This document shows, in pieces, positions 10,369-23,054 of a stretch of DNA of 64,000 bases; the stretch's first letter is position 1, and the number at the start of each line of letters is the position of its first letter. Origin of the DNA: a virus. Lineage: Duplodnaviria > Caudoviricetes. Below the pieces are notes generated by a model. The model did no database searches, had not been told where the DNA came from, and was given only the letters and a program-made list of their open reading frames with translations. The position numbers and the translations under genes were made by a program. The stretch is from positions 440 to 64,439 of the IMG/VR virus record IMGVR_UViG_3300028832_000146. One strand, 5' to 3'.

Positions 10369-10629
10369 ATGGAAAATAAAACAGAACGATTTGTTATATA
10401 TGCAACAGAATCATGAGATTATGAAACCGCAGAATTTGAAGCAAAAGATTTATTTGATTTTGCAAGAGAAATGAACGAGCGGTTTTGATGAAGCATGAAA
10501 GAAATCGTTTTAATCGTAGACAAAGCATATATTGATCCATTTTTTCGGAATGAATATGAAAAAGCATTCTGAAACGGCGTAGAAACACAAATTTTATTAA
10601 AAAAACTTTTAGATTTTAAGTTACAATAA
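10369..10629 (+). CDS. Hypothetical protein, unit A only
   Basis: 86-aa ORF under the recoded table. Confidence 0.6.
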
Positions 10630-10633
10630 CAAA

Positions 10634-10843
10634 ATGCAACAAAGTTTATTATCAGATTGAAAAAAGCAATTCTTTTATGAAAGCTGGTTGAATAACAAAA
10701 CCGCAAGAGACCAGAAAGAAAAAGAAGTAAAAGCAAGATGATATAAAGAAATCCACAAATGACAATATAATTGTCAGGGGGGGGACAATTTATTTCTTAA
10801 CTTGGAGATAGCATGCCAAAAAAAGTATACCGCAAGGATTTAA
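10634..10843 (+). CDS. Hypothetical protein with a G9 tract, unit A only
   Basis: ORF crosses G10777-10785 and overlaps the next gene by 31 nt. Confidence 0.5.
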
Positions 10844-11178
10844 CCATAAAAAGCAATGATCCGCAATGGAAAAAATTTGTTGATTATTACAACCAACGGC
10901 GGGAAGAAAAATTCAAAGAAAAATGATATTTCAAATACACAATGAGATTTGATGATGTGCATATAATATCAAAGAAAATGTGATTCGTAAAACGGTTGTG
11001 TGATAATAATAAAATCACACGAACAGAAGTTTACACATTAGATAAAACACACCCAACATATTGATATACAACATCACCATATACAACGTGCAAAAGCATA
11101 AAATTGGAAAATACAATTACAATGATCTTATCAATTCAAGAAAACCCAATAACTTTTATTTTGTGAATTTTGGAATAA
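10813..11178 (+). CDS. Highly conserved hypothetical protein
   Basis: Near-identical homolog at 42064-42429; CGG and CGA interchange at one aligned site. Confidence 0.8.
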
Positions 11179-11193
11179 AAAAGTAAATAAGAT

Positions 11194-11260
11194 TTTGCAT
11201 TCTACGAGACAATAATTATATTTTGTGTATGCATAAGTAATTATTGTTTTGTAGAACCTT
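11194..11260 (+). promoter_or_regulatory. Promoter with operator-like motifs upstream of the NinG-like gene
   Basis: TTGCAT..TATATT, then ATGCATAAGTAA and TTGTAGAACCTT; conserved at 43069-43100. Confidence 0.55.
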
Positions 11261-11287
11261 TGATTTAATTCAAAGGTGTTTTCATTT

Positions 11288-11749
11288 ATGCCAAAGAAAG
11301 CCAAAAAACCAAAGATTGATAAAAAAAAGCTGAATGATGAAAATGTAGAAATTGCAAAATTAATTGCAAAAGCAAGAGATCATTATACATGCCAGCATTG
11401 TTGAAAAACAATCAAAGAAACAGCAATACATGCAAGCCACATAATTAATGAAGCAAGAGATCACAGACTTGCAAGTGATCCATACAACATAAAAGCATTA
11501 TGTTATAATTGCCACATAAATCGGCGACATAAAAACCCAATAGAAGCAAGTCAATGGTTTAACGAAAAGCGACCGTGAAGATATGAAGAATTGCAAGCCA
11601 AACATATCGAATACATGTGAAAGTGAAGCATTGATGTAATCCGAATGATTGAAAGAAATCAAGAGTTAAGGAAAACATGTGCAGAATTGAAAATCGATAT
11701 TTCAAAGTTCAAGTATGGTGCAAAAATTTATAATGATAAAGAGTGATAA
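11288..11749 (+). CDS. ninG: NinG/Rap-like HNH nuclease
   Basis: CQHCG..HASHII..NIKALCYNCHINWWHKNP (CGG CGA = WW). Confidence 0.75.
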
Positions 11750-11750
11750 A

Positions 11751-12230
11751 ATGCCAAAGCAAAAGCGAGATTATGAGAAAATAAAAATGGAATTCATGCT
11801 TTCTGATTTTGACGAAGTGAAATCATATATTACTCATAAATGAATCACATATAATGCAGAACGAACGAGACGCACAAAATGACGGTGAAAAGAAAAACAA
11901 GAACGGAAGAAAAAAATATACATGGAAGCATTAAAGAAGAAATGAAAAGAAGCAGTTGATGATGTTTCAAAAAAATTGGAACGTTACGAAATGCTTTGAG
12001 ATGAAATATTACAACGAATGGAAGAACAATTTAATCCAGTTGGTGAAGATTGAAAGCCAAGAAAGATAAACAGCAACGATATAATGAATATATGGAAAAT
12101 CAAAAGAACGGAAATGTGATTACCAACCAACATTTCAAAAACCGAAAACACAAACAAGGACGAAAGATCAGAATTAACAGATGATGAAAAAGAAGCATTA
12201 AAAGAAATATTGAAAAAGTCAAGCAAATAA
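11751..12230 (+). CDS. terS: Terminase small subunit (putative)
   Basis: Directly upstream of TerL; KWDY..KGWGKEK N-terminus; homolog at 45216. Confidence 0.65.
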
Positions 12231-12312
12231 AGAAAAAGCGGTGTTTATGAAAATCACACCGTAAGGGAAATGGAAAATACACCATATTGACAATTTACAA
12301 AATATAAAATAA

Positions 12313-13779
12313 ATGAAATACGAAGAAGCATTAAACATATTTAATAAAAGCCCATTATTAAGAAAAACGTATTTTTCAGACCATTTCTTCGACTTTTGCA
12401 AATTCTATTACAAGGAATATTACAGCTTTGACACGCCAGAATGTTTACAAAGATATTATGAAGCATTGGAATCATGAAAAAATGTTTATTTCAAGTGATT
12501 CCGTTGAAGTGCAAAAACAACCATTGCCCAAATGTATGTTTCATATTGCATTGCGTATAAAACACGCCGTAATATCATGTGGTATTCACAAACGATTGAT
12601 AATGCAGAAGAAAATTTAACATACATTGCCAACAGCTTTATAAATGATACAGATCAGTGAGAAAGATTTTGCAGAGATTATGGAAATTTGTATTACCCAG
12701 AATCAGTTATTAAACAGTGACAAAAGAAAATAAAAAGAATCGACAAATTCGTTACAGAAAATGATTGTTATGTGCGTGCAATGAGTTTGTGAACATCACC
12801 AAGATGAAAAAATTATACAGCACCAGATTGAAAATTCAGACCAGATTTATTGATATTTGATGATGTTGATACAATTGCAAGTTGCCAAAGCAGAAAGAAA
12901 ATTGACAAAAATTTTGAGTTCATGTTGAATGAAGTGTTGTGATGAACGACATGATCCACACAGATAATATTTTTATGAAATACGATATATGAAGATTGAA
13001 TCGTTCCGAGATTTGAAGAACACATCAAAAATGATTCAAGCCGAGTTATTATAAATTTGCCAATATACGATGAACATAAAAATATTGTTTGGAATAGATT
13101 TGTTGAAACAGATGAAGAAGCACAAAAATTGAATGAATGAATCCGTGAAGTTGCAAAAAGATATGTTTCACTTGAAACCGAACGCAAGAGACTTTGAAGC
13201 ATATCATTTAATCAGAATTACTTGTTAATTCCATATGCAAATTGACAGCACATAATCACAAGTGATATGATTCAAATTGACCATGAATGCAGAAGTTATA
13301 AATACGATTCAGTTGTAATTGGTGTTGATCCAGCAGTAAGTGAAAAAGAATGAACGGATCGTTTCGCAGTATGTGCAACATGAAGAATAAAAGATAAATA
13401 TTACATACTTGAAAGCGTTTGATTGGAGTGAGTGGAAAAGAACATAAAACGTGCAAGTGAAACAGTGAAAAATTTATACATCAAACGAAAAGCCAAACGT
13501 GTAATTGTTGAAACGGTTGCATATCAAGCAGTGTTGAAAACAGTATTTGCCAATATGTGACTTGCGGTTCAAGAGCAGAAAACAATCAAAGATAAAACAA
13601 CAAGATTATTGGAAAAGCAAGTATTATTTGAAGAAAAACGTGTGTATTTCGCACCATGAAATGATGATTTGATTTACGAATTAAAATCATTTCCAAACGC
13701 AGAACATGATGATCTTGTTGATTCGATGTTGTTTACAATGCAAGAAACAAGGAATAAGTTTTTTATTTCTTCATTCTAA
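12313..13779 (+). CDS. terL: Terminase large subunit
   Basis: GFRGSAKTT Walker A, LLIFDDVD Walker B, IGVDPA and HDDLVDS nuclease motifs. Confidence 0.92.
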
Positions 13780-13787
13780 AAGAAAAA

Positions 13788-14009
13788 ATGCAAAAAGCGA
13801 AAGATAAAAATAAACAAGAAAAACCACGAAATTCATTTCGCAGTGAATGATTGGAATTGCTTTGAGCGGAAAGACTTGTATTAGAATTTTTACACCATGA
13901 TACAACACACCATGAAACATGCAGACCAACAACAAAAATTACGCTTTATGAATTCCGAAAATACCTTGAAGAAAAAAAAGACAAACTCGACGAATACTTC
14001 GAAGAATAA
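13788..14009 (+). CDS. Conserved hypothetical protein
   Basis: Homolog at 47150-47377. Confidence 0.7.
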
Positions 14010-14121
14010 GAATTATTGCCGTGAATGTTGAAAACAAATACCAGCGAAATTCAAATGATCGCAAGCTTTATATTGTGATGAATGCAGAGATGAAATAAAC
14101 GAAGTATATTGATTTATTTAA
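13948..14121 (+). CDS. Small zinc-ribbon protein
   Basis: CRECGK..YCDECR; counterpart at 47393. Start uncertain. Confidence 0.5.
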
Positions 14122-14150
14122 AATGTTTTTAATTTATTAATTATATTATC

Positions 14151-14528
14151 ATGTCAAAAGAATTTAATGACAAACCACAGTTCACAAAAATGGAAGATTT
14201 ATGTGAAAACGGGTTCAAGGTTGAAAGAGACCAGCATTTGGAATCAAATATTGATCCAATGAAAAAATTCCAAGAACTTGCAAACATTATGAATGGAATT
14301 ATCAATGCAATTACGCAAGCAAAAAACATGCAATTATGAGTATTGCAAAACATCGCAGTTTATAATGCGTGGGTTGATATTATGAACGACGCAAAAAAAG
14401 AATTGTGATTAACTTATAAGGAATTGAAAAAGGTAAACGAAAAAGATTTTGAAAATATTGTTGATTGCGATATTGAGAAATTACCAAAAATTGATATTCA
14501 TAAAGAAGTTGAAAAAGAATCAGAATAA
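14151..14528 (+). CDS. Conserved hypothetical protein
   Basis: Homolog at 47597-47959. Confidence 0.7.
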
Positions 14529-14624
14529 TTTATTATTTTTTCACTTCGTATACATGAACGAACGGTTGCAATACGTAACCGTTTCTTTATTATAAAAGCA
14601 ATTTATATTTTAACACATTTGCCA

Positions 14625-15062
14625 ATGACAGAAAAACAAGAACAGCCAAAGAAATCAATTTTAAAGAAATGGTGGTTTCGGGTATTGATATTTTTCTTTT
14701 GTGTATTTCTTGCAAGCAACATGGATTGAACACCAGCAACAAATACACCACAGCAACAACAAGAAATTAAAAAAGATGTTGTTCAAGAAAGAATGGATCA
14801 TATCACAGAATTAATGAAAGCAGAAGTTCCAGAATTTGAGAAAGTAGAGAAAATCGAAGATAACGTTATTTGAATATTCTTTACAAGCACACCAGATTTG
14901 TGAATTGAAGATACTATTGATTCAACAACAAGATGACAAGCAAGAAACTTATCGCTTGATGTAAACGGTGTTGCGAGTGTGAAAACATTTGTTTGATGAA
15001 ATGCGGTGATGTATTGCACAGCAACGAAATGACAAGTGAATGATTGTATGGATTATAGGTAA
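14625..15062 (+). CDS. Membrane-anchored moron protein, unit A only
   Basis: KKWWFWVLIFF anchor (CGG=Trp); flanked by terminator-like hairpins. Confidence 0.7.
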
Positions 15063-15083
15063 TTCCAAATAAATCAAAAAACG

Positions 15084-15108
15084 AAAACGGCGAAAATGCC
15101 GTTTTTTT
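15084..15108 (+). terminator. Intrinsic terminator before the portal promoter
   Basis: AAAACGGC/GCCGTTTT plus T tract. Confidence 0.7.
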
Positions 15109-15119
15109 CTATATATTTA

Positions 15120-15151
15120 AAGCTTTGATATTTGACATTCGTGATTATAAT
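15120..15151 (+). promoter_or_regulatory. Late-promoter-like motif upstream of portal
   Basis: Near-identical to 531-562; ends in TATAAT. Confidence 0.65.
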
Positions 15152-15179
15152 GTGCGTGTTTAAATGAATATAAACATGC

Positions 15180-16406
15180 ATGCAATTATTCTGAATTAAT
15201 ATTTCAAGGGTAAAGAAAAAATCATATCAACAATCAAACTGAATAAACCTTTCACAATTATTCAGTAATGATGTTGTTTTTTCAAAACAAACATATTATG
15301 ATTTATACCAAAAAAACGGTGATATTCGCCAATGTGTAAGAAAAATCGCATGATCCACAGCAAGGAATGGAATATATTTGCAAGATAATGACCGCCAAAC
15401 GGTTGAAGATAATGTTGTTACAGATCAAGTTTTTGATTTATTCAAAGTTCCAACATTCGCAAAATTTAAAATCAAATTTTTCATGAATTATTTATGTTCA
15501 TGAGAATTATATGCAAAGCCAATTAAAAACGCATTCGGTGAAACAATCAGATTTGATATTATTGATTCAAGAGCAGTTTCAAAAATTATAAGTAATTGAG
15601 TGATTGTTTGATACAGTGTTATTGAAAATTGAACACACACCAGAAAATACAATGCAGATGAAATATGATATTTCAAGTTTGAAGATGACGTAAACAATAC
15701 TTTAAACTGAATGTGAATATTAACCAGTATATTATATGACGCAGTTCTTGATTTGGAAGCTTTAAAAACAAATTACAGCTTTTACAAGAACAGTGCAAGA
15801 CCAGATATGATGTTGCTATTGGACGGTAATTTAACCGAAGAAGAACAGCAAAACGCCGTTGATATGTTTAATGCACAATTCAAGTGAAGTGAGAACGCAC
15901 ATAAAACAATTGTTGCATGATGAATTGCAGATGTAAAGCAATTATCATTAACAGCAAAAGATATGGAAACCATATCACAAAGAAAAATGACCACAGATAA
16001 AATATGCAGTGCGTTTGGAGTTCCAAAAGCAATGTTATGATATGTTGAAGATGTGAATTATAATAATGGACAAAATCAAAAGGAAGAATTCCTTGAATGA
16101 ACAATAAAACCAATGGAAGCGGACTTTGACGCAATATTAAATAAATTGTTGCAGATGTTCAGACCAGATTTATTCGAAAAATATTGGATTAAATCAGATT
16201 CAGAACAATTAAAGGAAACGCAAGAATGGTTGAATGGACAAAGAGCAGATGTTCAAAATGGAATTATAACAATAAATGAAGCAAGAATAGATCGTTGACT
16301 TGAACCAGTAGAAGATGAAAACGCAAACAAATTGATATTAAACAGAAGCCAAGTGCTTCTTGAAGATTTAGCGTTGGACGCAACTTTACCATGAGATGAA
16401 TATTAA
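15180..16406 (+). CDS. Portal protein (HK97-like)
   Basis: 408 aa after TerL; LNGMGILT..YKNSARPDMML..FGVPKAMLG pattern. Confidence 0.88.
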
Positions 16407-16409
16407 AAC

Positions 16410-17237
16410 ATGTTATCACAAGATTACAGAAACTTATTACGTAAAGAAGCAAAAATATATTCGATTATTCAAAAATCTTTTAAGAAGCAAAGAAAATACC
16501 TTGAAGAACATGTAAAAGATTTATACGAAAACCACATATACATAATAAATATTGAATACAACTTATTACAAAATGAACACGTGCATTTATACCCAGAAGA
16601 AAAGAAAGATTGGACAAATGAAATACGGTGAGATGATCCAATGGAATGATTCCGAAGATCAATGTGAATATGAGCATTAATTGAAGAAATGCAATTACCA
16701 TTGGAAAAGGTGTTTGAACGTTGATACAAAACACAATACAGAAAATTCAGTAAATTATTAAGGGAAGAAAAAATTGATTATTACCCAAACAAGCCAAGTG
16801 AATATGCAAACCAACGATGAGAATTAAACCTTTCAAATTATAAGTGAAGCATATCACATACAACAAAACGAGATGTAATAAATACTTTAAAACAATGAAT
16901 TGATAATCATGAAAGCCGAGACGTAATACAATTAAAGATAAACGCAATTGATGATAAATTGTTTGGATTACCAAGAGCAAGAGCAATTGCAGTAACCGAA
17001 ACAACAAAGGCGTTTGAATATGGAAATTTACAGCCAATGCTTGCTTTACAAGAAGCGTGAATCCAAATGGAAAAGAAGCGGTTGACGGTTGGTGATGATC
17101 GTGTAAGACTTGAACACCAACAAGCCGAAGATGAATGACGGTGTGATTTAGATTATATTTACCCAAGTGTTTGAGTTGATATGCCACCGTGATGAGTGAA
17201 TTGTCGTTGCACAATGCAATACAGAAGAAAAAGGTAA
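16410..17237 (+). CDS. Head morphogenesis protein (SPP1 gp7/Mu F-like)
   Basis: RARAIAVTET..KKWLTVGDDRVR..H..PPGGVNCRC. Confidence 0.88.
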
Positions 17238-17262
17238 TTATTTATTTAATAATTTATATCAG

Positions 17263-18528
17263 ATGAAATTTAAACTTATCAAGGACAAAGAGTTCTTTCA
17301 AATCGTATGTGATCAGAAATCCGTTAAAGAAATAATTGACGGTGAAAACAAATCATACGAAATCGAATGATATGCGTCAACCAAAGATAAAGACCGCATG
17401 AATGATGTTGTTGAACCAACAGCATTTGAAGAAACTTTAAAGCAATACATGACAAATCCAATTGTATTGTTACAGCATGACATGGACAAACCAATTGGAA
17501 ATGTAATTGAAGCAAGTATTGACGATAAAGGATTATTCATAAAAGCCAAAATTACAGAAGATACAGATTGAGTATTTTCAAAATTAAAGAACGGTGTATT
17601 AAGAACATTCAGTATTTGATACAGCGTAAAAGATTATGAAACAATCGAAAACGTGGACGCTGAATGAAAATACAGTTACACAAACATTATTAAAGCTTTG
17701 GAGTTATTTGAAATTTCTCTTGTTTCAGTTCCAGCCAATCCATTTGCATTGGTAAAATCTTTTGATTCATGCTTTAAATCAGAAGAAGAAGTTGAAACAA
17801 AAGAAGATGAAGAACCAAAAGCAGAAGAAGTTAAAGAAGAAGTTGTTGAAGCAGATAATGAAGAATTATCAGAAGAAGAAAAAGAACCATTAAATGGTAA
17901 TGTTGAATTCCATAAAGAAAATGAAGAATGAGAAAACAAAGCAGTTGAAGAAGAAAACAACGAAGAAGAAATCGCCGATGATGACGATACTTCAAATAAT
18001 GAAGAAGAAGTTGTTGAAGATGAAGAAGAAATCCCAGCAACAGAAGAAGAAATTGAAGAAACAGTAAAAAGCATTGAAGAAGATATTGAAAATAAAGAAG
18101 AAAGTGAAGAAAAACCAGCAGATGAAAATTCTGAAATACCAGCAGAAAGCGATTGCGAAGATTCTGAAAATGATGTTGAAACTACATCAGACGAAGAAGC
18201 CGTTGATGAAACAAGCAACGAAGAAATCGTTGAAAACAGCAAATCAATTAAAGCTGAAATCAAATGAATTGAAAAAGCTGAATTTCAATCATTTGTAAAA
18301 TCATTCAATGAAAAATTGAGTGAAAAAGACGCAGAAATCAAATGATTAAAACAGCAATTATCAAATCATCAAGAATTGGTGAAATGAATAATTGAAGTTA
18401 TGATTCAATTAGATCATGCGGTAAAAAATACAGCGATTCAATCATGAAGTTCTTATCAAGCACCCGCAACAAAGAACACATGATATTGAAAAGTTGCAGA
18501 GCTTTTAAAGAAAATGCAACATAATTAA
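17263..18528 (+). CDS. HK97-family prohead protease with acidic linker and C-terminal coiled coil
   Basis: GYASTKDKDRMND..LLQHD..FSIGY..ELFEISLVSVPANP. Confidence 0.9.
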
Positions 18529-18555
18529 TCTTTTAAATCATTAATTTATTTAATC

Positions 18556-19632
18556 ATGGACCTAAAAGAATTAGCATTACAAGCAAAAAAACTTGCTTGA
18601 ATAGAAGTTAAAGAAGAAGTTGTTGAAGAAACAAAAGCCAATGAAGTAATGAATACTGGTGCTTCTGGATTCGGAACTGAACTTGTTCCAACAAACGTTG
18701 TTCTTGATCCAGCATTGGACATGCTTCCAAAATATTCTTCTTTGTTAAATTTACTTCCATGAAATCATGGAAATAATATGCCAATAAGTGCAAAAGTTCC
18801 AGTTATTGGTGAAGCAGATTTATTCGCTGGAAACAGTGAATGGACAACTGGTGCAGTAACTTTCACACCAGCAGATAATTGACCAGATACTGGTGCAGTT
18901 ACTATTTCACAGTGACAATTCATTCTCTATGTTGATATTTCAAAAAGAGAATTAAATTATTCAGTTGGTGATCTTGAAGCTTTGGTTAGAGATAGAATTA
19001 ATAAAGCAGCCGCAAGAACAATTGACGCTTCTTTCATAAATTCAGATAACACAGCTTCTGGTTCTGGAAACATCAACGGAACATATTCAGGAAGCCCATA
19101 TTTTACACAGCAAGCAACATGAGTTAGAAAGGTTGGAATTGCAAATACAGCAATTTCAGTTGGAACATTAACAAGTGCTTCAATTCTTGGTGTAAAATGA
19201 GTTATCGACGCATGATATCAAGCAGATTTGAATGATCTATTGATAATCGCACCTTCAAATGTTTACGATAAAATGCTTGCATTATCAGAAGTTATCACAA
19301 TGGACAAATTCTGACCAAATGCAACTGTTGTAAAGGGTGTATTAGCAAAAGCATTCGGAATCGATGTTTTGGTTGCAAGAGATTTCCCAGCATTAACAAA
19401 TACTTCTGGACTTGTTGACGCAACAGCCGCAAACAACACAAAAGGTTCTTTCGCAGTTGTTTACAAACCAGCAATTCAATATGGTTTCGGACAACCACTT
19501 GAAATTGAACTTGATCGTGTTGCTGGACATGGAATCAGATTAACAGCAACTTTCGAATTCGGTTTCGGAATTGCAAACAGCACAGCATGACTTGGAAAAA
19601 CAATCGGATTAGGAGTAAATGTAACTCTTTAA
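18556..19632 (+). CDS. Major capsid protein (HK97 fold)
   Basis: 358 aa after the protease; low TGA use, as expected for a highly expressed gene. Confidence 0.85.
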
Positions 19633-19647
19633 TTTGATTAAAAAATA

Positions 19648-19680
19648 TCTTGCACGGTTCTTTATTGAGCCGTGCGAGAA
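19648..19680 (+). terminator. Hairpin after the capsid gene
   Basis: TCTTGCACGGTTC/GAGCCGTGCGAGA. Confidence 0.6.
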
Positions 19681-19704
19681 TTTATAACATATAATATTAT
19701 AACC

Positions 19705-19908
19705 ATGACAAAGTTATTAAAAAATATTTCAAAGGAAACACAGCTTGTTGATTGAGAAGAAATTAAAGCATGAGCAACTTTTGAAACAAGGTGGCATGAT
19801 TCTATTTTAAGGAATTACCCACACCTTTTCGAAGAAGTAAAAGAAGAAGAAAAGAAAGAAGAAAAAGTTGTTGAAGAAAAACCAGCTAAAAAATCAACAA
19901 AGAAATAA
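19705..19908 (+). CDS. Small head-associated hypothetical protein
   Basis: Homolog at 53359-53559. Confidence 0.7.
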
Positions 19909-19930
19909 TTTATAAAATACCATAAAACCA

Positions 19931-20557
19931 ATGTATTCAAGTTTATCACAATTCAAAGCTTATTTATGAATCGATAGTGCAGATACAACAAAGGATTCAC
20001 AATTAACACTTGCATTAAACAGTGCATGTGAATTATTGAATCATCTTTGTGGTGTTGATAGCTTCGATCAATGAGAATATGAAGAACAGATTGATTTGAG
20101 AAAAGTGTATACAAATTCTTTTTGATACAACATATTTTTGAAAAATAAACCAGTTCAAAGTATTTTAAAAATCAATGGATCAGATTATTCATGAGTGAGA
20201 TGAACGGATTACATGGTTGCAAATCAAAGAAGAATTATTTTTAAATCGCTTGATACAAATTCAGATTTCGGATTTATCACAATTAAATACAGTGCATGAT
20301 ATGATCGTGCAAGAGTAGATTGACAAACAACGGTTGATGATTTACCAGACGATTTGAAATTAATGGAAATGATCCTTGCATGTTGAAAGTTATCAGATGA
20401 AATTAAATCTGAATTAAATATTTGAGTTTCATCATATAAATTATGAGATGAACAAATTGTTTACGGTTGAAAAACAACGGGGCAATCAATTGATGATATA
20501 TATTTCAGTTTTAAAATCATGCTTGATAAATTCAAAAATTTTACATTAGCAATATAA
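19931..20557 (+). CDS. Head-tail connector (gp6-like)
   Basis: MYSSLSQFKAYLGI..YSAGY..LPDDLK; position after the capsid gene. Confidence 0.75.
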
Positions 20558-20563
20558 ACATTC

Positions 20564-20866
20564 ATGATATTATATAATAAAACAGCAACAAGGTATTGAT
20601 ACACAAAAAACCAGTATTGAGTTTCATCATATGAGTCTGAATGAACAAGATTTGCTTGTAATGTGCAACCGCTGGATCAATCAGACGGATTTGATGAAGC
20701 AACGGTATATAAAATGAAAAAATTGTATTGCGAATATTCATGAAATGTTGTTTGAGATAAAATTGTTGTTGATTGAACAGCATATATTGTGAAATCAATA
20801 CAAAGCTGGGACGGAATCAAAAGAAAATTTTACAAAATTATAATGTTAGAAAGTGAATGAAATTAA
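20564..20866 (+). CDS. Head closure/stopper protein
   Basis: CNVQP..GDKIVVDGTAYIVK; synteny. Confidence 0.7.
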
Positions 20867-21207
20867 ACTTGCAATGAGACATACAAGAATTGATGTGATT
20901 GAACGATAAAGTAAATGCAGTTGTTCAAATTATATTGGTCGATGTATGAAATGAGATTACAAATAATGCAAAGGAAAACGCACCTTATTTAACATGATCA
21001 TTAAGAAAAAGTTTGAACCAAGATTTCAGTGCAATTAGTAAATGATTTGCGGTCGTTGGTTCACCTTTGGATTATGCAAGTTTAAGAGAATATTCAAACA
21101 GAAAGAATCCACAAACAACATTCTATTTGAAAAGAGCTTTCACAGAACATATGGACACAATACACAATATAATTTTGGAAGATTTACAAAGTAACATGAA
21201 AAAATAA
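20857..21207 (+). CDS. HK97 gp10-like neck protein
   Basis: AKENAPYLTGSLRKS..VGSPLDYA. Confidence 0.75.
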
Positions 21208-21659
21208 TGACAGATACAACAACATATTCATTCAAAGCAATATGAGACGCATTATATAATAAAATGCTTGAAATCGCAACGTGAGAAACGGCAAGAATTT
21301 GAGCAGTTTATAATCATGACATAAAGATTGAAGATTGAATAAATTTACCAGCAATTATCATTACCCCAGATAATGGAAATATCAGATATCTTGATTCTTG
21401 CAGTTATCAAACAGAATTGAATTACAAAATCAGATTAATTGATAGAATTCAGAAAAATTATAGTGCAGTTGAAGATAATTTAAGAATTGTCGCAGATATG
21501 GTAATTCAGAAATTAAAAGAAATTGAATCTATTGTTTGGAATAATGATGATTGATACACTGTAAAATGTGAATACGATTATAATTGGTGATTTGCAAATA
21601 CGCAAGAACCATTCAGAGTATTTGAAGTCAATTGTTCATTTACCGCAATGACAAAATAA
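21207..21659 (+). CDS. Tail terminator (putative)
   Basis: LPAIIITP motif; position before the tail tube gene. Confidence 0.65.
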
Positions 21660-21683
21660 TTTATATCTTTATACAAAACAATC

Positions 21684-21875
21684 ATGGCATGCAAATGATG
21701 TAAAGACAAAAAACCAGAAATCGAACAACACGTAAGTATTGTAAACGATAATGGTGTAAGGAAATATTCGTTTCCAAAATGGTGATTAATTATTGAATGA
21801 AAAACAATGCTTGAAGCATTAGAAAAAGCAAGGGAAATTATGAAGAAAAAATCTGAATGATCAGATGAAGAATAA
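21684..21875 (+). CDS. Small conserved protein starting MACKGCK
   Basis: Homolog at 55346-55540. Confidence 0.7.
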
Positions 21876-21905
21876 AAAATTTTTAGCATTTAATCAATTA
21901 AAAAA

Positions 21906-23048
21906 ATGGTATACATCGGAAGATTATCAGCAATTTGACTTGGTAAAGAAACAACAAGGTGAACAGCAGTTCAACCAACTGTTCGAATTGCAAAAGAAAG
22001 TGGTGTTTTAAACCCAACAACAGAATCTGTAAATGATGAATCATGATACGGAGTAATTGACGGAATTTATAATTCTTTTACAACAAAGAATTCATCAAAT
22101 TTAACAATTCAAGGAGTTGCAAAAGATTATTCAATGTGATTCTTTTTGCTTGGTGCTTTGTGAAAATACACAAAGGTTTATTGCGTAACTTGAACACCAA
22201 GTGGCGGAACACCAAAAAGATGAGATGTTTTAACATGAAATGGTGCAACATTAAAGAAAATAATAACAATCGGAACAACAACTTATTATTTCTTTGATAA
22301 ATCAACTTCATGATCTATTACAAACGGAACATGGTCAATGACAGCAACAGCCGTTTCAATTAATGCACATTTCTTTGAAGTATTACAAAATAATACGCAC
22401 CCAACATTTACACTTTACGATGATGATCCAGTAGCTGGAAGTTATGCACCATATTGTATGATAAACAACTTTGAATTATCATGTGAAGTTGCAGATTATG
22501 TAAAATTCAGTGCAGAATTTATGTGAAAGCAAATGCAAGCTATAAATGGAACAGTTACACCAGCATATGCAACTGAAAACGAATTTACAGCGAGCATGGC
22601 ATGAGTAAAATTTGCAAGTGATGAAAGCGGTTTGAATAGTGCAAGCGAACAATGTATGCAAAATTTCAGAATCGCAATAAATAAGAATTTAACAGATGTT
22701 CAATGTTTCGGTGATACAGATATTGCAGATATTTATAATCAACAATTCGGTATTGAATGAGATTTTGAAGCAGTATATGAATCAACAACATTACGTGATT
22801 ATGTATTAAATTCACAGAAAAAAGCCGTTAGGTTCTACGCAATAAATACAAATGCAACAGCTTTGGCAACATGAATTTACCCAGCAATTTATGTTGATTT
22901 AATGAAAGTTTGATTCAGTGAATGGACAAAAACAGATTCAAACGATGAAATCATTAAACAAACAATGTGATTTACTGGACAATACAGTAATGATGACGGA
23001 ACTTCAATTGAAGTATTGCTATTAAACAGCGATTCAAATTGATATTAA
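21906..23048 (+). CDS. Major tail tube protein
   Basis: GRLSAIGLGKETTRGT N-terminus; 380 aa; precedes the chaperone and TMP. Confidence 0.8.
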
Positions 23049-23054
23049 TATATC

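Noticed and set aside
17760-18260. CRISPR array or tandem DNA repeat in GAA-rich tracts
   Set aside because: Low-complexity Glu codons inside the protease gene; no repeat-spacer periodicity anywhere in the window.
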